The notes under the pieces are model-generated. The model ran no database searches. It saw only the letters and a list, made by a program, of their open reading frames with translations, and had not been told where the DNA came from. From NCBI RefSeq assembly GCF_009914755.1, contig NC_060931.1: a DNA stretch of 64,000 nucleotides. One strand, 5' to 3'. Position 1 is the first letter of the stretch. Each line of letters opens with the position of its first letter. A program made the position numbers and the translations under genes. Positions 1 through 13,811 of the stretch are shown piece after piece. Source of the stretch: the human T2T-CHM13v2.0 reference genome, Homo sapiens.

Positions 1-82
1 CCAAGATCACACCACTGCATTCCAGCCTAGGCAACAAGAGTGAAACTCTGTCACAAAAAACAAAAACAAAAACAAAAACAAA
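1..82 (+). mobile_element. 3' end of an Alu SINE with (AAAAAC)n tail, truncated by the window edge
   Basis: ccaagatcacaccactgcattccagcctaggcaacaagagtgaaactctgtc followed by an A-rich tail matches the Alu right-arm terminus. Confidence 0.9.
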
Positions 83-189
83 ATAGCCCTCAAACCCCTA
101 CATTATTCCAAACTCTGACAATGTTAACAATGAATATCCATTCTTTATTCTTTTTAAAAATATATTCATTCTTTCAACAGCATTTATCC

Positions 190-872
190 AACAGTGAGGC
201 AACGGGTTAGTTATCCCCTCAATGCCCATTGTCTCCTTCTTCCACTTTAGCTGGGCTCATGGCCACCCACCCACAGATGGTATTTCCTAGTATCCTAGGT
301 GTGGCCACATGACTACATTTATCAGAATGGAATGTCAGTGAAATCTCCAACTATATTGTAAATTCCTGATGATCAGAAACCCTGTCTAACATATATTTTA
401 TTTCCAACAGTACCCATCCAGTATTATGTTAATAAATGTTTGTTGATCTAGCTTTTTATCTTGACTAATGTTTCATCTATACTATATATTTTGCATCAGA
501 AATAAATTTTATGATTCTAGAAACATGAAAAAGAATAGAATGTAAATGGAAGTAATGTGTACAACTTACAAATCATTTACTTCACAGGAAATTGCTTGCT
601 CTCCATTTTTGCTCTACTCCTCTTCCTAAAAACTGAAATAGGGATGTGGAGCTGACACAGCTTCAACCATGTAGAAAAGACTAGGGAATGTCAGAGCAGC
701 ACAGTGAAAGAAACAGATTCTGAATGACTTCACATGCTGAGGTACCCCACCAGTGTAGATGCTTACATTCCTCTAACATGTTACATACAAGAGAATTAAA
801 CTTCAGCCATATTTAAGCCACTTAATTTTTTGGTTTCTTTGTCACAGTAGCTTAGCTGGACCCTAGTTAATA
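190..872 (+). mobile_element. Degenerate MaLR (MLT1-type) LTR fragments, interrupted; boundaries approximate
   Basis: Segments such as 'taggtgtggccacatgact' and the 3' end 'gagaattaaacttc...atttaagccact...ggtttctttgtcacagtagc' resemble MLT1 consensus. Confidence 0.5.
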
Positions 873-992
873 TAAACATTTATTCAATGTCTTTTGAGCG
901 TTTACTATGTGACAAGAACTGTCTTCTGGGTAAACATAAAGTGGCGAATAAGCGGAAAAGCTCCCAGAACACAGGTTGCTTATAGTCTAGAA

Positions 993-1217
993 CAGGGGTG
1001 TCCAATCTTTTGGCTTCCTGGGGTCACATTGGAAGAAGAAGAATTGTCTTGGGCCACACATAAAATACACTAACACTAATGATACCTGATGAGCTAAAAA
1101 TATATATCACAAAAAAAACTCATAATGTTTTAAGAAAGTTTACAAATTTGTATTGGGCCACATTCAAAGCCATCCTGTGCTACATGCAGCCCATAGGCCA
1201 TGGGTTAGACAAGCTTG
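993..1217 (+). mobile_element. MER30 (hAT-Charlie) non-autonomous DNA transposon
   Basis: Starts caggggtgtccaatcttttggcttcc, ends gggttagacaagcttg; flanked by 8-bp TSD-like gtctagaa (985-992) / ctctagaa (1218-1225), the NTCTAGAN target typical of this family. Confidence 0.85.
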
Positions 1218-1644
1218 CTCTAGAAAGTGATATTAACAAAAAATGTAAAACTAAATTTTTAAACTGCGCTAAGTATGAAAAGGAAACAAAGAGAATGCTG
1301 AAGTAGAATATAACAGAGAAGGATACATTCTGAGTAGAATAGTCCACTAAGGCCTCCCTGAGGAAGCATCATTTAGCTAAGGCCTCAAGGTCATAGAAAG
1401 AAATGGAGAGAGGGAGTCCATTCTAGCATGCAAAGAAAGACCCAAGGCAAGAAAGAGCTTGGCTCTTTGAATCAAGCTCAACCACTCACCTAACACAATT
1501 ATAGATGCTCAATCAGGGTCTCCACAGATGCCTTCATGACATTCTCAAATAAAGAAAGAAAGTAGAGAGAGAGAAGAGAAGAAAGAGGAAAGGTAAGAAA
1601 AAAAAAGAAATTTCTAGTCAATCAAACCAGTTAGGGAAAAGAGT

Positions 1645-1880
1645 AGAGAGTGTTATTAAGAATGAGCGCTTGGGAGTCAGGCAGCTGAGTTTAAAAGTGG
1701 ACTTTGACATTTCACAGCTGGGTGACCTCTCATCTTTGGTTTCCTCTTCTGTAAAATGTGGGTTATAATGGCACCTACACCTCATAAGGTTGTGAAGAGG
1801 ATTTAAATGAGTCAATCCATGTGAAGTACTTAGCACAGTGCCCAGCACAATGTAAGTGATCAACAAGTGTCAACTACTGC
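1645..1880 (+). mobile_element. MIR SINE
   Basis: MIR core 'tttcctcttctgtaaaatgtgggttataatggcacctacacctcataaggttgtgaagaggatttaaatgag...cttagcacagtgcccagcaca'. Confidence 0.8.
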
Positions 1881-2617
1881 TATACATATAGGAGCTTCAG
1901 AAGAATAAATACTCAAGCTGATACGATGGGAAGGCTTTAAAATAAAATAGAAAATAAATTATGCTCTCCAACTCAGCTGGATAAATTTGTGTTTTCTTGG
2001 TGGGTAAAGAAAAGGGCCATCATTCACTCTTTTTATATATTTGTATAGGTTTAACAAGGCAAGAGAGTATGCATCAAAATAAACCAAAGCTAGGCAAAGA
2101 GAAAAAATGGAATATGAAGAAGCTGGCTTCTGGTCCACCTTCTATAGATACTTACTAAATCATATAGTCCAATTTTCCTCCCATAATTCCAGACCACAGT
2201 CCACAGGCCCCAAAACATTTCAAAGCTCAAATTTGGTATATTATATGGTACACATATCAGGTTTCTTAGTTGTAAGCAACAGCAACTGACTATGGGTGTT
2301 TTAATTGGAACAGGAACAGATGGGTAGCTCAGAACATTGCTACAAAGACTGGGAATCAAGCTTGAAAAATGAAAAGCGTGGCAGTCAGATCTAGGGCTAA
2401 CTGTTACCACAAAGCCAGGCTGGTGAGTAGACAACTGCTTCTGCCCCAAACCTCATGCTGTCACCTGCACTGTCAAGCCACTAGACCTGGTCACTACTGG
2501 ATGCCATCTTTAGCTCCTTTATCATGGCTGTGCTAGAAATAGGTGACTCTGCTGAGAAAGAGAGGATATGGACTTCTCAGACTTATAATGAAAAATTATC
2601 TAAACATAAAAGGTTCA

Positions 2618-2942
<325 letters not shown>

Positions 2943-3013
2943 TGAACTTTATTCTATGTGTGTATATAGTCATATATGTTTTATTGTACAAAACTAAGAT
3001 CATATTGTATACA

Positions 3014-3348
3014 CAGGTTGAGTATTACATATCTGAGATGCTTGGGACAAAAGTGTTTCAGATTTCAGATTTTTTTAGATTTTGGAACATTTGCATATGC
3101 CTAACGAGATATCTTGAGGATGGAACCCACATCTAAACACGAAATTCATTTATGTTTCATGTACATATTATACACATAAGCCTAAAGGTAATTTTGTGCA
3201 ATATTTTAAATAACTTTTGTGTGAAACAAAGTTTTTGTTAAGTACTTACATATGGAATTTTCCACTTGTGGTGCCATGTTGACACAAAAAGTTCAAGATT
3301 TGGCAGTATTTCAGATTTTGGATTTTTGGATTAGGGATGCTCCATCTG
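3014..3348. mobile_element. Tigger4-type (TcMar-Tigger) DNA transposon MITE
   Basis: Terminal inverted-repeat-like ends caggttgagtat... / ...gggatgctccatctg followed by TA; internal 'gatttcagattt...ttttgga' repeats typical of Tigger4a/b. Confidence 0.7.
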
Positions 3349-3489
3349 TATAGATTTTAACAACCTAACACCAGGCTTCTAAAATATAAATGTATTTTAA
3401 ATATGAAGTTAAATTTAGGATTAGTTTTAATTACATTTCTACTTTTGCAGTCCTAAAATATGAGATTTCAACATGTGATAACTGAATGA

Positions 3490-3700
3490 AATGCATGGGC
3501 TGCAAATTCCAACTTTGCTAATCACTCACTGTGTAATGGTGAGAAACTTACAGAACTTCCCTAAGTCTCAGTTTCTCCATGTGTAAATGGGAATAATAAA
3601 ACCCATATAATAAGGTTGCTGTGAGGAAAAACAAGATAATTCATATAAAACCCTTAGCTCAGCATCTAGTGCCAAAAAAAAGTCTTCAGTAAATGTTAAC
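3490..3700 (+). mobile_element. MIR SINE
   Basis: 'gtctcagtttctccatgtgtaaatgggaataataa...aaggttgctgtgagga' MIR core. Confidence 0.7.
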
Positions 3701-3759
3701 ATAAAAATATAAGTTGTCATAATTTTCTGAAGTCTAGATTTTTCTCATAGAAAGAGTAC

Positions 3760-4051
3760 TTTTTTTTTTTTTGAGACAGGGTCTCACTCTGTTGCCCAGG
3801 CTGGAGTGCAGTGGCACAATCACAGCTCACTGCAGCCTTGATCACCAGGCTCAGGTGATTCTCCCACCTAAGCCTCCTGGGTAGCTGGGACTACAGGCAT
3901 GTGCCACCACATCCAGCTAATTTTCTGTATTTTTTGTAGAGACAGGGTTTCTCCATGTTGCCCAAACTGGTCTTGAACTCCTGAGGTCAAGTGATCCTCC
4001 TGCCTTGGCCTCCCAAAGTGCTGTGATTATAGGCATGAGCCACCGTGCCCC
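3760..4051 (-). mobile_element. Alu (AluJ-like), reverse orientation
   Basis: poly-T, then gagacagggtctcactctgttgcccaggctggagtgcagtggcacaatcacagctcactgcagcc ... gagccaccgtgccc. Confidence 0.93.
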
Positions 4052-4710
4052 CAACAGGGAAGAGTATATTTTATGTAAGATAATGAACTGCAAGTAAAGT
4101 CTTTATGGTTCATCCACGTAGCCAGAATGCCCTCAATTTCCAAGATTCTTGAATCAAACAGTTGACTAGGGAGCTAACATGCCATCTGAGCAGCTTGGGC
4201 AGGGCAATTATAAAGCTTGCTCTCTTGATTTTTTTGTCTGTCTCGTCTGGCAAATCATGTAAGGAATTTGTGAAATGGAAGACATAAAATAGATCAACCA
4301 GTTTCTCTTTACCCATTGGGCAGGAGAGATCTAAGCTGTTACCCTTCCTATAGGGTTCATGAAAGTAAACAGGAAGGAAAAAACCCTCTGGCCAAATATC
4401 TGCTTATTCAAACTTGCTTATTTTTAATAACTTTAAGTTCTTCAATATTTAATGATAACTATAATTAGCATGCTTAATATAGTAATTAATTATTAATGTT
4501 ATTAATATATCTAGCCTGGAATTAATTTTTGCCTGTTTTATTAAATACGTACTTAAAGTACATATTAAAGATATAACTAAATTTTTTTTCTCACCATTAT
4601 TGCTGCTAACACCCTTCTGGGCCTCAGTTTCTTCACCTGTACCATGGAGAAGCCAGATTAGATTATTTTAAAAGTCTCTTATTTGATTCTGTGATTGTAG
4701 ATATAATTAA

Positions 4711-5464
<754 letters not shown>

Positions 5465-5719
5465 CTAGAAAGAAGTGAGACGAGGCAAGGTGTTAAGGCA
5501 TTCGACTCAGCAATTGGAGTAGCAGAAGGCATCTGATCTGAGAGGAAAGGCAAGGATGCGTCCCTGAACATCCAATATTCAGAAACCCGCACCGCTACTG
5601 TTGAAAACAACTCAATTGAACTAGGAGGAGAATGAATATGTTACTTAATTAAGTACATTCTGAAGATATCTGGGGCATGGGGCGGACAGGGAATCAAATC
5701 TCCTTTCCCCTTTCAAATC

Positions 5720-6640
5720 TTAGAGACAGACGAGGGGCGAGGCCTCTGACCTGGGTTTCCTTCTCTGAGGAAGTGTTGGGTCCCGAAGCCCTCTTCGGGA
5801 GAGTCAGGTGGCGGCCCGGGGCAGCTCAGACCGCGCCTCAGGAGCCCTCGAAGCTGGGCGACGCTGGCAGAAAGAAACGCGAGGCCTCATTGTCCCCCGA
5901 GACAAAGCGGAGCTCTTCGCAGCCTCGGGGACCTGTCCGGACTCACTTTCCCTTCCCTCCGAAACCACCCACCGACGCGGGCCGGGAAACGCTCAGGCCC
6001 AAGATGGGCTCTGAGCGCGAACCAGGGAAGAGCCCGGATGCTGCTCCTTTCCCGCCCCGGACCGGCGCAGGTCCATCCAGAGGCGCGAAGCCTGCAGGCC
6101 AGGGAAGAGCCCGGATGCTGCTCCCTTCGTGCTCTGCCTGGGGCCCAGGAAGCAGGAGAAACGGAACGGCGACGTTGGGTCAAGAACTCAGAGGGTGAAG
6201 GCTGGGAAGCCAAGGAAGGAAAGCCGTCCTGACCTCGGCGTCGGGGCTCCTCTACAACCCCGCAGGGTCGCGAAGGTCCTGCGGCATCTCCTCTCGCAGT
6301 TGCCGCAGCCTAGCCGGCCGGGGGCAGGCGCTGGTGCCCCCCGCCCGCTCCCCGCAGCCCCAGCAGAGCCGGAGTTCCCGCGGCCGCCGCTGCCCGAGCG
6401 ACTCGATCGCCCGAGCCGACCTCTTCCCAAGCCTTGGACAGCTGACCCCTGCGCATCCTAAAGGAAAGACCCCATCTGTTCCTCAGAATGGGAAAATTCC
6501 CGTGCATACTTTGCCAGAACCGTGTTGCTGATATTTCGGGGGTTGGGGTTACCATTTTAAATCGTGGCTTTCTGCATTCTTGTTACGGTTCTGTGGCGAC
6601 TTAGAACGAAGTGGGTCGTAAATCGTAAAATTGTCCAACG
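5720..6640. promoter_or_regulatory. Orphan CpG island 3' of HOXA1
   Basis: Abrupt high GC and CpG density between AT-rich flanks; no recognisable coding sequence. Confidence 0.75.
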
Positions 6641-9146
6641 CGGCTAAAACGTGTCCCAGTTTGAAAAGAAAAGTCGCTCAATAATTTTTCTTTTATTTTC
6701 TGTTGCAAGCATTTGTGTATTTTTTCCCAACCGATTAACCACACAAGCCTAAATGAAAATATAAAAAATCTGATTTCTATAGATTAACCTTGTGATTAGA
6801 CGTTTTACCAACAGGTTTTTAATACAAGAGTAAAATGTAATGGGCTGATTAAAAATAGAGACACGTGTTTTAGTTGTGTTTGAACATGTTGCAAAAAGAG
6901 ACATTGGTCTTTTCATTTTTTCCAGTAAACTCAAAATGCAGTCATTTAAGGATGTTTTGCAGGATATGATGAGGGTTTAGAGTTGCCTAAGGAAAAAAAA
7001 AAAAGGTGTTTAGAGGCTAGCGCCTACTGAACATACTTGTTTAATTGATATTTTGTTTGTAGTTCTGCTATCAAAGGTCAGCTAGCTGTATTTGATGGCT
7101 GGTGCTATTAAAAATAAGGCACTAAAACGCTGAGGATTCCAGCTCACCTCTTCAAACACTGACAACCATTGATGTCCCTTTGGGCATCAGGTTCTGCTGA
7201 GATCAGTAGGACCCCATGGGGATGAGATGGAGGAGAATGTGGAAAGTTGTATTGCAAGGAGACTTTATGTTAATAGTTTGGGCTTGGGTGTGTGTGTGTG
7301 TGTTAGGTACATGAGTGAGTCTTGGAAAAAATTAAGATATGTGAGTCAGAACAATTTAGAAGGTATGCTGCGCCACAAACTAGCCAGAAAAAGCAAACAC
7401 ATTTTTAAAAGGTTCAGAGTTAGAACCCCTCCTGGAATGTCCCTTGCATCTTGAAGCCCCTTCTAGATGATACTTCTTGACAATTTAATGGAGGTCGAAT
7501 TTGTGTGTAGGCAACTCCTCTTTCATTTATTCTTTCCCATCCAAGTTTAAAAACAAAACAGAAATATATGTGTGTGTGTTGAATTTTACTTGCCCTCCAG
7601 ATTTTTATTTTTATATTTTAAGAACATATGTATTTAAAGGTAAGTAGCACATTTTATTATTCAAACAAGATGGCAGAAGCATTCAACTCAGAGGTTGTTT
7701 CAAAGATTCGGTATTCCTAATGGCCTCAAAGTCAAGGACTTGACTGAGTGGGTGGCCAGTAAAGCAGAAATGGAAAAATAAATCATATCTAGTCTGAAAC
7801 AAATTACATGGAATAAATCAGGGAGGGACAAAATTGAATCAGGACTTTAGAATTTAAAAGTGCACTGGACTCAGGTTCTAAGCTGCCCTGTTTTTTTATT
7901 TAGGAAGTAAGAGTATGGATACTGACTGTGCTCTCAGTCAAACCAATCCACCTCTGGGTGCCTTTTTCTGATCCATAGAGTGAGAGATTAGGGATGTGGG
8001 TCCCATTCAATTCTGGTCATTTAGGCACAAGGAGTCCTAAGGCAGAATTTTTGTGTGTTCTCACAAATGCAGGCACAAAGGGGACTTATCTAAGGCAGAG
8101 GGTCACCAAAGTTGACCAGTGACTAGCTTATCCCAATAGTGGCATGCTAACTAAAGGGTGTTCTTGTATGTACTGAAAAAGCCATAGCGTTTCTTTTACA
8201 GCCCCATCCAATATAAAGAAAGATGTTGTTCATGCACTAATTTCAGTATTTTTAAGCACAGGAGTTGCCTGTCTCTCAAAATAAATTAAAGCCTGAAATG
8301 CCTAGAGCTTCTGCTTTAAGAATGATTATTCTTAAGGAGGAAACACAAACAGCAGTGACCATTTTTCACAGACGTGCTCAGCCATCAGGAAAGCTTAATA
8401 AATCCCTATTTAGTATGCATTTATGCAGTGATTACATGAACTTTGACCTCTGAAGAGCTGTAGCAATTAGCTTCAGTGTCTAGCATCTTCTACTCACCAT
8501 TCCCCACTGGCTTCCTTGTGTCTTCCTTTTTCATCTCTCAATACTTCATGCATTAAGAAGGCGTAAAATTTAAAAGTTGACTTTCCACCTGAGGTATTTG
8601 CTTCTGCGCAAGCCAATTCTCCCTCCCCCCTTTCCCACTCAACAGCCATCTCAGATGGATATTGGGGCTCTGATTGTCAATATTACTCAAACACAAATGG
8701 ATTTCAATTCAATCTTGCCCTGTACTTTCACAAAGATAAACTCTAATGGCCCAAAGAGCTTCATTTCATAGCTTGTGGCATCTGAAATAAATCAGATATC
8801 TTCTGTCAGACTAATTTAACATTTTAACAATATTTGATGTGATTTATTTAAAGTCAAATGAAACTGAATGGATTGGCAGAAAACTAGAGGAGGGGGCAGG
8901 AGAAGGGCAGCTGGAAGCTTCCAAAAAACAAAAAACAAAAAAGAAAAAAAGGAAGAAAAGAAAAGAACCAAGAGGGGAGAGGAAAGTGTTTTAAGTTTCT
9001 AGTAAACATTGTTTAGCAAAAGAATAATAGGAAAGTTGCCCCTTTTCCAAAGAGGGATGGAACTATAATTGTTGCCTTTAGTTGAGAGCTCAGATAAACT
9101 GCTGGGACTCATTCTAAAGTGACCCATCACTGCATTCATCTCTTCT

Positions 9147-9163
9147 TGAACTTTCGGTGAACC
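9147..9163 (-). promoter_or_regulatory. HOXA1 3' retinoic acid response element (DR5 RARE)
   Basis: Minus strand GGTTCA-ccgaa-AGTTCA, matching the known Hoxa1 3' RARE, about 3.2 kb past the stop codon. Confidence 0.93.
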
Positions 9164-10894
9164 TGAGATTAAACAGGGGTGAGCAGCTAAGCAGTTTGTT
9201 GTTAGCAGCCTTTTCAACAACCCTTTCAGACTGAGTAAATATTGATCGGTTTGAATCTGATTGCCCCAGAGGAAAACACCACCGCATTTGAATAGCCTCC
9301 AAAAGTAAACTTTAAAAGGTGAAACCCAGAGCAGACTTCAGAGCCAAAGCAAGACCTCAACTCAGCCTAGTTTGGGAACACTCTGTATTTGGGGAGTACT
9401 GTGGATAAATGTAGAGGAAGTGAGGAAAAAAACATTGGAAAACTAGAATTTTGTATCGCAGTTATCCCAGGTGCCTAACTGAGACCCTTGTTTCCTTTGT
9501 AAATGTATCAATAAAATGTTATTTTCAGTTTTCCCACTCTGTGTTGTTTCAGTTACCATTGCTGTCATTTTTCAAGTAGCTAACTGTGCTCCTTAGAGAC
9601 CAAAGCAGAGAGACCTTGAAATAGGATGTGTTAAGCGCCTTTGATTTAATCGATTGAGACAGCTAAAAAGATACAAATGTTTTCCTTGTTGAAAGGTGTA
9701 TTAATGTTTCCTAAATGCATTGCTTGTTAACTGATTTATTCCATGACCTAGAGAAAGCTAGAGATGGTTAGCCATAATTTATTGTTCTCTCTTGCTGCTA
9801 CATTAAAACCAGCATCTTAAAGACTGGAATCTCTGGGATTCCAGTGGATCTCGCCCTGCTTTTAGATATTGAAATGGAGTCAATGGCATGCAAATGACAC
9901 TTTAACACATTAAAGTATTTGGAAGCCAGCCATCTGTTTTGCTGTGTGGCCCTACACTAATAAACAAAAGATACAGTATAAGGCCAGGCAGGAAATGAAA
10001 GAAAGGGTTGACCGTCTTTGAAGTTCTTCTCCATCCACTTGAGTCTTTTACAGGCAACCTCAGAACCCAGCAGCTGAGGGGAGGGCACCCGGTGCCCTTG
10101 ATATGGCCGCAGCAACTGCACCGCAAAGTTCAGCCTTCTCTTCTTTGACAGGGAAGTGCAGGAATTCTCACAAGTGCCCTAGACGGCCTGCAAATTCCAA
10201 ATTTTTGTAGGGTTTTTCTCCTCCAGCCCGTCCTTTGTAAAACACCCTTTGGGGAGGAAGGAAGTCATCTGTCTGTGTTTGTTTTCAATGCTGTAAATTT
10301 TCTGCTGTACTGTTGGGCTAAATAAAATGCCTCCAAAAATGTGTGAAAGTAAAGGAAAGCAATAAAGAGGCCTGGGAGGAGAGCCACTTTGAACTCTATC
10401 ATTTGCTGGCTTCCTCTTTTGAGAGCAGATACATACCTTGGTCAGAAACAACTTGGATATTGAAAGACTTCAGGGTAGCTTCCACAAGTTCACCTGGAAG
10501 TACCTGTGGAGCCCAGAGAAGAAAATGACTTTTTTTTTCTGGGTTATGTGGCATGGAATTAGAACTGTGGATCCTTTACAGCCATGACGGCTATGAAATC
10601 AAAGCTGAGTCTGAAGGGAATAAGATGTGCAACCCAGAGATGGGGAAGAAGGGGTGAAGAGCCGCAGGAAGGGATGGATGTTGACAGGAAGAATGGGGGA
10701 AGGGATGCAAGGGTTTACTAAAAACACTCCATTTCAAGGGTGGAATATATCAGAACTCTGCCTGACAATCCAAAAAGAAGGAAGAGGAGTGGAATAAGGG
10801 CCCCATCCTCACAACAACTTTATACTGGAGCTAATTAAATGTGAATCTCTTAGCTCTTGGTTCACTGATGTGAGGAAAGACTGACTGAAGACAG

Positions 10895-12341
10895 TTTTGG
10901 CTTTTGAAGGGAGTTCTGTTTATATATACGTCAACATCCAGTTGGAGGTGAAAAGGTTAGCACTTGACCCAGGAAGTATCCATGTTTGTTTCAAAAATAA
11001 ATCTGCTTCATAAATTTCTTCATCAGTCTTTTTTTCCATTATGAGCTTTGATTATAATAAAGGAGCTGTTATTAACTTTTATTCAAGAAAAGGCCCATCT
11101 CTTTGAAAATATTTACCACCCTTCTCCCTTTCCCCTCATGAAATGTGCCAACTTCATAGGAATTAACAAATTGTAGCCCAGCCAAATACACGGATGCTTA
11201 AGCATACCTGAAACTTGAGTATATTTATTTATTACAGACATCCTAAGACCCGTAAACTCTGCTCTGGATCATATCACTCCAGGATCTCAGAGCTGTTCAT
11301 GATTGTACAGGAAATGGGGAATATCATAGGCTCACAAAGGATAACTGATAGAACTCAGTGTGGTACTTTGGGGACATCAAACATTGTGCGACATGCAAAA
11401 GACTATTCACGAATAACACAAAATATACATTCATTGTGCCATCCATCACATTAACAATTGAGCTGAAAATACATTATATCCAGCTAAGATAACTGTGGAA
11501 GGAAGAAATTGGTTTGAATAATACTTTTAGGTTCTGAATAACCCAGCACAAATTTTAAACAGAGGGTGGCCCGAGAAGAAAGGGGTAGAGATTGGGAAAG
11601 ACTTAGCACAGGAAGCCGGGTTTCTGAAGTTTGTGCTCTGCAGGGCTTCTTAACTGTAAGAACAAATCAAGGCTACCCTCTGAGGCATCTGATTGGGTTT
11701 AAATGAGGGAATTTTTTCTTTCACCTATAAAATTGTACCAGTTTAGAGAGTTTGCCCACCCTGTTTTAGTAACCTAAACATTTCTAGAAAATCTGTATAA
11801 AGATAAATCTCTTAGGACAAAGTATTTACAACCAGCAAACTCACACACATGAAAATGACTTAAATTAAGGGATGAATTAATTGTGTAAACATATAGTGCA
11901 TCTCTTCTTCCTGAGCTCCTGGACTCGCCTTTCGCTATATCCTACTTTCAAGGACAAGGGAGGGGAGAGCTGTACATATAGTTAGATAAAAGATGAGAAG
12001 ATTCCTTCTGGCATGTTTCTGTTGGCAAAGGGAACTATTTTCCAAAAGGTCATCTGAAAGGAACAGTAGGTTCTGTGAATTCTCCTAAAAGCAGGAGGGA
12101 TGTTAAGGCCCACCAGAAAATGTATGCTGGCACCCAATCTGGATGAAGGTGTTAACCCCGCACCAAGTCTCTGGTCCAGAATTATCTGCAAATATATTAT
12201 CCTGGCCAGGAGCTCCCCAGATAGGATTAGAAAGGAAGAAAGAGACTGTAAATGGAAAGAAAGATAAGCTAAGCATGTGCTTTGGTTAAGAAGTCCCAGC
12301 CCAAGGAGATGCCTGGGCTGTTGTCTGGGGCTGGAGCCGCC
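10895..12341 (-). other. HOXA1: HOXA1 3' UTR (end approximate) with miRNA seed matches
   Basis: Minus-strand AATAAA at 11078-11083 and near 11225; miR-10 7mer-m8 (ACAGGGT) at 11758-11764; miR-99/100 7mer-m8 (TACGGGT) at 11248-11254. Confidence 0.7.
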
Positions 12342-12697
12342 TCAGTGGGAGGTAGTCAGAGTGTCTGAGGTAGAAGACCCCGGGGAAGGAACGCAGGGCG
12401 AAGAGCTGGACTTCTCTGAGGATTCCTCGGCCTTCTCGTCGTTTCCTGGCGGGGTGGCCGGAGAGATGGGCAAGAGACCCTCCTTCTCACGTTTCTTTTG
12501 CTTCATTCGGCGGTTCTGGAACCAGATCTTCACTTGGGTCTCGTTGAGCTGCAGGGATGCAGCGATCTCCACCCTGCGGGCGCGCGTCAGGTACTTGTTG
12601 AAGTGGAACTCCTTCTCCAGTTCCGTGAGCTGCTTGGTAGTGAAGTTGGTGCGCACCGCGTTGGGTTGACCCAGGTAGCCGTACTCTCCAACTTTCC
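12342..12697 (-). CDS. HOXA1: Homeobox protein Hox-A1, coding exon 2 (homeodomain)
   Basis: Acceptor ttgccccag|GG; encodes [58 protein letters not shown]...TLTTSH*; joined CDS 1005 nt = 334 aa. Confidence 0.99.
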
Positions 12698-13162
12698 CTG
12701 GGGCAAAGTGGGAAGCCATGAGACGGAAATGTAAAAATTTTTAAATCGACTTGAGATTCCCCACACGCTTCATGGCAACACTCAGGTAAAGAAAAGATCA
12801 AGAACTCAGCACAAATCGGGCTGTGGAGGGTGAGTGATGAGGTGTAAAGTGTTAACCTGATGTAAACCATTAGCATGGTCAGACCGGTGATTAATGGAGC
12901 CTCAAGATATTAACAGAACACTACCGTCACAATAACCACCCCCACATACTTCCTATTTCCCAAATGTATAAAATCCTTGAAAACACACCAATCCCTGAGA
13001 CTTCTTTGCCCCAACACCTCTGGGCACCCTCTCCATGCACTACAACACTAGTCTGATACAAAAGCCTTTTAAAAAAAAGATCATTATTAATTTCCTTGGA
13101 AATTAAGCATACCAGCTCCTTCCAGAATAATCAAGGAGCATCCACCAACCAGCAGGACTGAC

Positions 13163-13811
13163 CTGTTTTGGGAGGGTTTCTTTTGACTTTCATCCAGTCA
13201 AAAGTCTGCGCTGGAGAAGATGTCTCCGATGCGGGGGAGCGACAGGCTTCTTGGTGGCTGGCGTGGAGAGGGGACAAGGAGTTATTATACGTAGCCAGGG
13301 CCAGGCTCTGGTGCTCCTGTCCATATGAGTGGTGAATGTATTGAGGCGAGCCCACCGCGCCCCCAGCATAACCCTGGTGGTGGTGGTGATGCTGGACCAT
13401 GGGAGATGAGAGATTTCCAGAGTAAACAGCGGGAGCGCACTGGGGGTACCCACCACTTACGTCTGCTTCCTGATTTAACGCGTAGGGGCTGTAAGGCGCA
13501 CTGAAGTTCTGTGAGCCATAGCTTGGACCACAACTTGAGTGGGAGTAGGACACCCCCAGGTTCCCGGAAGTCTGGTAGGTAGCCGGCTGGGGGTGGTGAT
13601 GGTGGTGGTGGTGGTGGTGGGGCGAACCGATCTGCACCCCCCTGCCCACTAGGAAGCGGTCGTCGCCGCCGCAACTGTTGGCGCTGACCGCGCACGACTG
13701 GAAAGTTGTAATCCTATGGTCCGAGGGGTAGGCTCGGGCTGAGCAGGTCCCCGAGTCGCCACTGCTAAGTATGGGGTATTCCAGGAAGGAGTTCATTCTT
13801 GCATTGTCCAT
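13163..13811 (-). CDS. HOXA1: Homeobox protein Hox-A1, coding exon 1
   Basis: [12 protein letters not shown]..., poly-His, hexapeptide TFDWMK, donor ACAG|gtcagt; 649 nt. Confidence 0.99.

Noticed and set aside
4457-4482. Imperfect AT-rich inverted repeat centred on AGCATGCT
   Set aside because: Short, mismatched and in very AT-rich DNA; expected by chance
5677-6198. 173-aa ATG ORF in the orphan CpG island
   Set aside because: No domain, GC-driven composition, no supporting splice or poly(A) structure
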